The translations under genes and the position numbers were made by a program. Positions 26,230 to 32,000 of a stretch of DNA of 32,000 bases are shown in pieces (positions within the stretch are counted from its first letter, which is position 1; the number at the start of each line of letters is the position of its first letter). This DNA comes from Desulfotalea psychrophila LSv54 (lineage in GTDB: Bacteria > Desulfobacterota > Desulfobulbia > Desulfobulbales > Desulfocapsaceae). Where the stretch lies: the NCBI RefSeq assembly GCF_000025945.1, contig NC_006138.1:3240001-3272000 (forward strand), written 5' to 3'. The notes under the pieces are model-generated. The model saw only the letters and a list, made by a program, of their open reading frames with translations. It made no database searches and had not been told where the DNA came from.

Positions 26230-27729
26230 TTAAGCCAACCGTGGTAGCTTTATGGCAAAACAACTGCCCAGACCAGGTTCACTGGTAACCGTCACAGTAC
26301 CGCCATGGGTTTCAATAATATTGGATGTAATAGCAAGACCTAAACCAGTTCCCTTGTGTCTGTCGGTAAAAAAAGGATTAAAAATCTGGGCCTGATTCTC
26401 TTCACTGATACCACGACCCGTATCCCGAACCCTGAGAAGTACCGCACCATCATCCAGGTTAGCAGTTGTTATCTGCAACTCCCCACCCTCTTCCATGGCC
26501 TGCAGGGCATTCATAACAATATTGAGAAGGGCCCGGTAAAAGGCATCCTGATCAAGCATAGTTGCACGAAGATCCGGGGCAAAATCGGTGACAAGCTTAA
26601 CCCCCTGCGCCTTTAACTGAGGGGTAACAAAGGTGAGCACCTTAGTAATAATCTCATCAACGGTAGCCACCACAAAATTCATCTTCTGCGGTCTGGCAAA
26701 ATCAAGGAATTCAATAACAATATCATTAAGACGAGTCGTTTCATCTATGATAATTCCAGCCAACATCTCGTTTCCGGGAGCAATTTTTTTTATCCGTTTT
26801 TGCAAAAGTTCCGCAGTGCTTCGAACAATACCTAAAGGACTCTTAATTTCATGGGAGACCGTCGCCACCATGGTGCCAAGATGAACAAGACGCTCTGCCT
26901 GATTAAGCTTATCTTCAAGACGAAGTCTCTCCAGAGTCTTCGCCTCCATTATCTTATCAGCTCTGGCAACAATAGACCGTAGTACTAAAAAAAGTACCGC
27001 CATCACCACACTTGACCCAAGCAGAAGTTTCACCTGAAGGAGGAGTATTTTGCTGTACTCCTTGGTGAGGTCCTTGTCTATCTCGATAACCCCGAGAATC
27101 TCGCCATCACTCTCCCCGCTCTTACCAACCTGGCGAAAGGGAATATAGGTGGTTAAACTACAGGAAATGGACTTACCAACACCAACCAAATTCGAGAAGG
27201 ATCCCCCATAGATGAGCTTGGAGCTTGTCTCCCCTGTGAGGGCAAGAGTATAGCCTTTACCACCCTGGTCCTCTTGTCCTATAATTTCACTATTTGTTGA
27301 GTAAGAGATAACATTCTTACTCGAATCATAGATCTTCACGGAATCAATATCCATTCCATGAATCAGTCCAGTAATAATTCGATTAATAAGCGTATACTGC
27401 TCCGGCTCCCGCAGAGAAATTTTGCCATAACGAATCACCGTAGGCAGAACAAAACGGTGAAAAACCTGCTGATTTATACTCTCAGCAAGGAGCAGAGTAT
27501 GGGCTTCACTCTGCTCAAACATAACCTTCTGGGAATATTTCGACTGAAACCAGGAGAGAAGAAGGGTAAAGACCAGGATAACAACAAGACTGGAAAAAGA
27601 AAAAAACTTTACAAGCTTAAACGGTTGTGCTCCTGCATCAATTTTTTGTTTCCGGACAGCATCAACCTTTTGCTCTGATTTAGTTTTTTCCTTCACCACA
27701 CACCCCACATTTCCGACAGCTTCCCACAA
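26230..27729 (-). CDS. Membrane sensor histidine kinase
   Basis: Two TM segments flanking a periplasmic region, LGTMVATVSHEIKSPLGIVRSTAELL, MNALQAM, VRDTGRGIS, KGTGLGLAITSNI. Confidence 0.93.
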   Translation of the reverse strand: MWEAVGNVGCVVKEKTKSEQKVDAVRKQKIDAGAQPFKLVKFFSFSSLVVILVFTLLLSWFQSKYSQKVMFEQSEAHTLLLAESINQQVFHRFVLPTVIRYGKISLREPEQYTLINRIITGLIHGMDIDSVKIYDSSKNVISYSTNSEIIGQEDQGGKGYTLALTGETSSKLIYGGSFSNLVGVGKSISCSLTTYIPFRQVGKSGESDGEILGVIEIDKDLTKEYSKILLLQVKLLLGSSVVMAVLFLVLRSIVARADKIMEAKTLERLRLEDKLNQAERLVHLGTMVATVSHEIKSPLGIVRSTAELLQKRIKKIAPGNEMLAGIIIDETTRLNDIVIEFLDFARPQKMNFVVATVDEIITKVLTFVTPQLKAQGVKLVTDFAPDLRATMLDQDAFYRALLNIVMNALQAMEEGGELQITTANLDDGAVLLRVRDTGRGISEENQAQIFNPFFTDRHKGTGLGLAITSNIIETHGGTVTVTSEPGLGSCFAIKLPRLA

Positions 27730-29419
27730 GACAGGCAGCCGTCTGCAGGGACTTAAAAGATTTCAGGTATTCGTGCCACAGATATTCAGGGGCGATTCCA
27801 TGGTCAATGATGGACCAGGGCAAAAAGCTTTTATCATCATAGCAGGATATAATATAGTCCTCGGTCTGCAGACCATGCCGTTTCATTGCCTGCTTCCAGT
27901 TACAGCCCTCTGTAATCATGGAAAGTAAGACATCAGCAATCCTTCTATCGCCACGGGAAAGCAGGGCCTGAAAAAGCACATGCTCCGGTTTATCAGAGTT
28001 CATTGACACATTGTCATACTGAGCAAATCCCGTTTTCAAAAATTTTAGCCGCTCCTTTAATGTCTTGACCACCCGTTGGGCGGATACAGACTCACCCGGA
28101 AAAAGCCTCTCGCTCACACCAAAGCCATGATACTGAAAGGGTGTCCAGGGTTTAGGTGCAAAGGAGTTAGCAGAGACAACAATATCACAGAGATGACCAC
28201 GAGATTTACCAATGGGATCAATCCTGGCCTTTATCTTACCCACAAGGTCAACTGCCTCCTGCAGATCCTCTTCCGTCTCCGTCGGCAAACCAACCATCAA
28301 ATAAAGCTTAAGCTTAAAGATACCTGCTGAAACCAAATTTTCCGCAGCACTGAGCAGATCAGACTCTTTAAGGCCCTTATTAATGACCAGACGCAGACGC
28401 TCCGATGAACCATCCGGGGCAATAGCCACACTCTTAAGATGACTCTTACCAAGGAGATCCAACAGATCTGAAGTGATCCTATCGGCTCGTAGGGAGGAGA
28501 AGGAGAGGGAACAACCACTGCCAAGAAGATATTCCGCTATGGCATCAAGATCCTTAGTAGCAGCCATCTCCATTCCAAGCAAGCCCACACGCTCCACCCC
28601 GTCAAAACGTTCCTTGAGCCCTGCAACCACTGCATCTGCATCCCACAGGCGTGGCGGACGATAGATAAATCCTGCAGTACAAAAACGACAGCCACGGGAA
28701 CAACCCCGTCCAAGTTCTGTCAGATAAAGATCTGAAAATTCCGCCTCCTTGGTGAGAAGTTGTGAATGGGCCGCACGATCACTGTGGTACAGGGTCAGCT
28801 TTTTTATCCGGCGAGGCAGACCTTCATCGACATCGTAGCCGGCCTGTCTGCCATCATCTCCATAAAATGGGTGATAAAAACGCGGGCCATAACAACCATC
28901 ATACTCGGTGCATACCTTTTTGAGCAGATCACCCCGCCCCAAGGCGATGGAGGCAAAGATTTCGGCATTAACCTCAACCAGTGATTCTTCCGCCTCTCCC
29001 ACATAAAACATATCGATAAAGGGAGCGATGGGCTCAGGGTTCATAAAACTGATAACCCCGCCACAAATCACCAGAGGAGAACCTGGACCAACCTCGACGG
29101 GACGCCTGTCGGCAAGAGGATGAATCCCCCCAGCCATAAGCATCCGAACGAGATTGATATAATCATGCTCAAAACTAATGGATATATAAACTAGGGAAAA
29201 ATCGCTCAGAGGTCGGCCCGACTCCATAGAAGTCAAGCTACCACCCTCTTCCGGCAAAAAGAAACGTTCACAAACTAAATCTTCTTGCTCATTGAGCATA
29301 TTATAGACAAGCTGAAAACCAAGGCTGGACATGCCAACCCTATAGACATTGGGATACAGCAAAGCAACGGGCTTACGGCCGGTCCATTTTTTCAAATAGC
29401 TGCCGCGTTCTCCTGCCAA
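27680..29419 (-). CDS. B12-binding/radical SAM protein (TIGR03960-like)
   Basis: LGFQLVYNMLNEQ N-terminal region and radical SAM CxxxCxxC motif LTELGRGCSRGCRFCTAGFIYRPPR. Confidence 0.9.
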   Translation of the reverse strand: MAGERGSYLKKWTGRKPVALLYPNVYRVGMSSLGFQLVYNMLNEQEDLVCERFFLPEEGGSLTSMESGRPLSDFSLVYISISFEHDYINLVRMLMAGGIHPLADRRPVEVGPGSPLVICGGVISFMNPEPIAPFIDMFYVGEAEESLVEVNAEIFASIALGRGDLLKKVCTEYDGCYGPRFYHPFYGDDGRQAGYDVDEGLPRRIKKLTLYHSDRAAHSQLLTKEAEFSDLYLTELGRGCSRGCRFCTAGFIYRPPRLWDADAVVAGLKERFDGVERVGLLGMEMAATKDLDAIAEYLLGSGCSLSFSSLRADRITSDLLDLLGKSHLKSVAIAPDGSSERLRLVINKGLKESDLLSAAENLVSAGIFKLKLYLMVGLPTETEEDLQEAVDLVGKIKARIDPIGKSRGHLCDIVVSANSFAPKPWTPFQYHGFGVSERLFPGESVSAQRVVKTLKERLKFLKTGFAQYDNVSMNSDKPEHVLFQALLSRGDRRIADVLLSMITEGCNWKQAMKRHGLQTEDYIISCYDDKSFLPWSIIDHGIAPEYLWHEYLKSFKSLQTAACLVGSCRKCGVCGEGKN

Positions 29420-29520
29420 AAGTTCCTGGCGATGAGCATGAACTCCCCGGGATCGACTCTGCTGGTTTTTCTTTTTTTTTATTGTACTTCTCCAGATAAA
29501 AATATTTTACAGGGATACAT

Positions 29521-30783
29521 CTAATTGGCATTTTTTCGCAAATAGGTGGGAGTCTCTAACAACTCCAAATCCCTCTTAGTGCCACTGGTAGCAGAACTCG
29601 CATTGCCTGCCTGACCACTTCCACCGGAAATACCAAGATTTTCCAATGAATCAAAACTGGAACGTGGCAATTTGGTCGCTCGATGCTGAACATTTTTAGG
29701 GGCAGGTGAGCCATGGGTAACCGCTTCAGGACCGGGGGGAACCAAATTCAACCCTGGTGTTTTACCCGAGGTTTCTGCCCGGTTAAGGACTCTAGGCTTA
29801 GCCACAACTTCCTTACAGGCAAGCACTCCACCAACACCGGTGGCAACAACAGTCACCCGAATTTCATCGCCAAGCTCATCATCATAGAGGGCACCAACCA
29901 CAATAACCGCATCCTCATCAACCTTCTCTTGAATAAGAAGAGAAACCTCATTTAACTCTTCCAGAGTTAAGGATTCTGAAGAGGCTGAAACGTTAATCAA
30001 AACCCCTCGAGCGCCATCCACCCCAACATCCTCAAGCAGTTGATTATCAATGGCTATACGGGCAGCATCGATAGCACGATTCTCACCACTTGCACTACCC
30101 ACTCCCATAATGGCAGGGCCCACTTCCTTCATAACGGTACGAAGATCCGCAAAATCAGCATTAATAAGACCAGGTACGTTAATGAGATTTGAAATACCCC
30201 TTACTGCCTGAAGTAAGACGGTATCTGCCATAAGCAGCATATCCGCCAACTTACTCGTTTTTTGCCCAAGAGAAAGGAGTCGATCATTGGGAACAGTGAT
30301 AATGGTATCCACATTGGCGCGCAATTCCTGCCAACCCTGCTCGGCATGCCTTGCCCGCACCTTACCCTCAAAGCTGAAGGGTTTGGTAACCACAGCCACG
30401 GTAAGAGCACCCGCTTCCTTTGCTATCTTAGCAATTACAGGAGCGGCCCCTGTCCCTGTTCCACCACCAAGGCCTGCTGCCACAAAAACCATGTCGCATC
30501 CCTCAACGGCAGCCTTCAAATCTTCGAGTGATTCAAGAGCGGCAAGTTTACCTGTTTCAGGATCAGCACCGGCGCCAAGCCCTTTAGTAATACCAGGACC
30601 CATCTGCAACACGACATCTGCCATCGATTCCTGAAGTGCTTGCAAATCGGTATTGACCGAGATAAACTGCACCCCCTGCAAACCATTGCGCACCATACTG
30701 TTAATGGCATTACCACCACCACCACCAACGCCAAAAACCTTGATAACAGCAATACCTGTCTGCTCAGCAATTCTGAACGCCAT
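29521..30783 (-). CDS. ftsZ: Cell division protein FtsZ
   Basis: IKVFGVGGGGGNAINSM, tubulin signature GLGGGTGTGAAPVIA, NVDTIITVPNDRLL; strong RBS GGGGAGGAG. Confidence 0.98.
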   Translation of the reverse strand: MAFRIAEQTGIAVIKVFGVGGGGGNAINSMVRNGLQGVQFISVNTDLQALQESMADVVLQMGPGITKGLGAGADPETGKLAALESLEDLKAAVEGCDMVFVAAGLGGGTGTGAAPVIAKIAKEAGALTVAVVTKPFSFEGKVRARHAEQGWQELRANVDTIITVPNDRLLSLGQKTSKLADMLLMADTVLLQAVRGISNLINVPGLINADFADLRTVMKEVGPAIMGVGSASGENRAIDAARIAIDNQLLEDVGVDGARGVLINVSASSESLTLEELNEVSLLIQEKVDEDAVIVVGALYDDELGDEIRVTVVATGVGGVLACKEVVAKPRVLNRAETSGKTPGLNLVPPGPEAVTHGSPAPKNVQHRATKLPRSSFDSLENLGISGGSGQAGNASSATSGTKRDLELLETPTYLRKNAN

Positions 30784-30898
30784 GTTCTCCTCCCCATCTC
30801 ATTATTACTCTTGCTGTTATACTGCAAAAATCTTTCATCTAATGTTATTATAACTATACTATGGTAGCAAAAAGGCACTATAAACAAAAGTCTAGATT

Positions 30899-32000
30899 TT
30901 ACATAATATTTTTGAAAAATCGACATATTTTAGTAAAAACTGAATGATCAACCAATCCCTTTCCCTGATGCTCTTCCCGACCAAAAAGAACCAAACCCAC
31001 GGCCGTCGTGCAACGGGGTGTATAAACATTTTCAACACGACCTGTAAGGCCTTCTGGATAGCCTACACGCACAGGTAAATCAAAAATTTGTTCGGCAAGG
31101 TCGGCAATATTAGGCAAGAGGGCAGTTCCCCCTGTAAGGACAATGCCATGACCAATATTCGTCTTCTGCCCAGACTCTATAAGCGCCTCGTCGACCATCT
31201 CCAAGATCTCTTTCGTCCGCGCCTCAAGTATTTCAACCAAAAATTTTTGAGGTGTTTTCACAGGATTTTTATCGCCACGCTTAGGTACTTCGACAACATA
31301 ATTCGATTTTACAACAGAGGCTATAGCGCCACCGTAATTTTCTTTAAGCCACTCAGCATCCCCTAGGGAGGTCAAGAGACCAACAGAAATATCATTGGTA
31401 AGATTATGGCCACCAAAATTTATCTGGCTGGTCTGACGAACAGTTCCCCCATGAAAAACTGCAGTGTCAGTGGTTCCCCCCCCAATATCAACGAGGGCAA
31501 CCCCATTCTCTTTTTCCTCACGGGTAAGGACGGCATGGGCAGAGGCCACGGATTCCAGAACCAAGCTTGCCACCTTCACCCCCGCCTTCTCGCAACAGGT
31601 AACAAGGTTATGAATAGCACCGACATCAGCAGTCACAATATGCACATTTGTCGCCAACCGCACTCCGGTCATCCCCACGGGATTTTGAATACCAACATTA
31701 TCATCCACCATATACTCCTGGGGCAGTACATGGATTATATTCTGATTTTGGGAAATTTTTACCGTCTGAGCAGCCCTACGAACCGCCTCTAAATCAGACT
31801 TTTTAATCTCACGATCATTAATAGCAACAATACCCGGGCTGTTGAAACCCTTTATATGATCCCCGGCAATACCAACATAGGCAGGAACATTTTTCAGCTC
31901 ATAGTCTGAAGATTCTTCAGCAAGCCTCAGAGCCTTTTGAATAGATTGAACGGTGCTTTCAATATTATAGACAACACCTTTTTTCAAGCCCGAAGAGGGC
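30899..32000 (-). CDS. ftsA: Cell division protein FtsA, 5' end truncated by the window edge
   Basis: ...PSSG-LKKGVVYNIESTVQSIQKAL...; VTADVGAIHNLV, VALVDIGGGTTDTAVFHGG, GHGIVLTGGTALLPNI. The frame is open upstream of the track start (a TTG) and encodes the expected PSSG residues. Confidence 0.96.
   Translation of the reverse strand, partial: PSSGLKKGVVYNIESTVQSIQKALRLAEESSDYELKNVPAYVGIAGDHIKGFNSPGIVAINDREIKKSDLEAVRRAAQTVKISQNQNIIHVLPQEYMVDDNVGIQNPVGMTGVRLATNVHIVTADVGAIHNLVTCCEKAGVKVASLVLESVASAHAVLTREEKENGVALVDIGGGTTDTAVFHGGTVRQTSQINFGGHNLTNDISVGLLTSLGDAEWLKENYGGAIASVVKSNYVVEVPKRGDKNPVKTPQKFLVEILEARTKEILEMVDEALIESGQKTNIGHGIVLTGGTALLPNIADLAEQIFDLPVRVGYPEGLTGRVENVYTPRCTTAVGLVLFGREEHQGKGLVDHSVFTKICRFFKNIM

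Noticed and set aside
30899-31987. Track start of ftsA at 31987
   Set aside because: This is an internal TTG. The reading frame is open to the window edge and encodes the conserved PSSG residues, so the gene is truncated by the window rather than starting here.
1-32000. CRISPR arrays, tRNA/rRNA, insertion sequences, prophage, toxin-antitoxin or defence islands
   Set aside because: No periodic repeats, transposase/integrase motifs, tRNA-like cloverleaves or defence signatures were seen by eye. The HNH gene alone does not indicate a mobile or defence system.

Overview
This window looks like an ordinary bacterial chromosomal backbone. Protein and gene-order resemblances suggest a sulfate-reducing Desulfobulbales-type deltaproteobacterium (Desulfotalea-like); that assignment is inference from memory, not a database hit. 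The left end holds tyrS (partial), rny, a 6S RNA, zapA and a zapB-like gene. Next come a Nudix hydrolase, a SLT/LysM lytic transglycosylase, a MoaE-like protein, a YihY/BrkB membrane protein, an HNH protein, folC, a UvrD/PcrA helicase, a small conserved protein, nagZ, a TM2 protein, a hybrid PAS histidine kinase, a DUF493 protein plus an unknown partner, nifJ (pyruvate:ferredoxin oxidoreductase), a YkgJ-type cysteine-cluster protein, a PHP hydrolase, a HEAT-repeat/receiver fusion, a CoA-disulfide-reductase-like/rhodanese fusion, a sensor kinase, a B12-binding/radical SAM protein, ftsZ and ftsA (partial). I see no CRISPR, transposase, phage, toxin-antitoxin or defence cassette, and I do not claim a new system. 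The items most worth a second look are non-coding: the structured gap between 6S RNA and rny, an extended -10 promoter placed so that the lytic transglycosylase mRNA would be leaderless, a very strong hairpin without a U-tract before nagZ, and several dyads in promoter regions. A few uncharacterised or unusual proteins are also listed.
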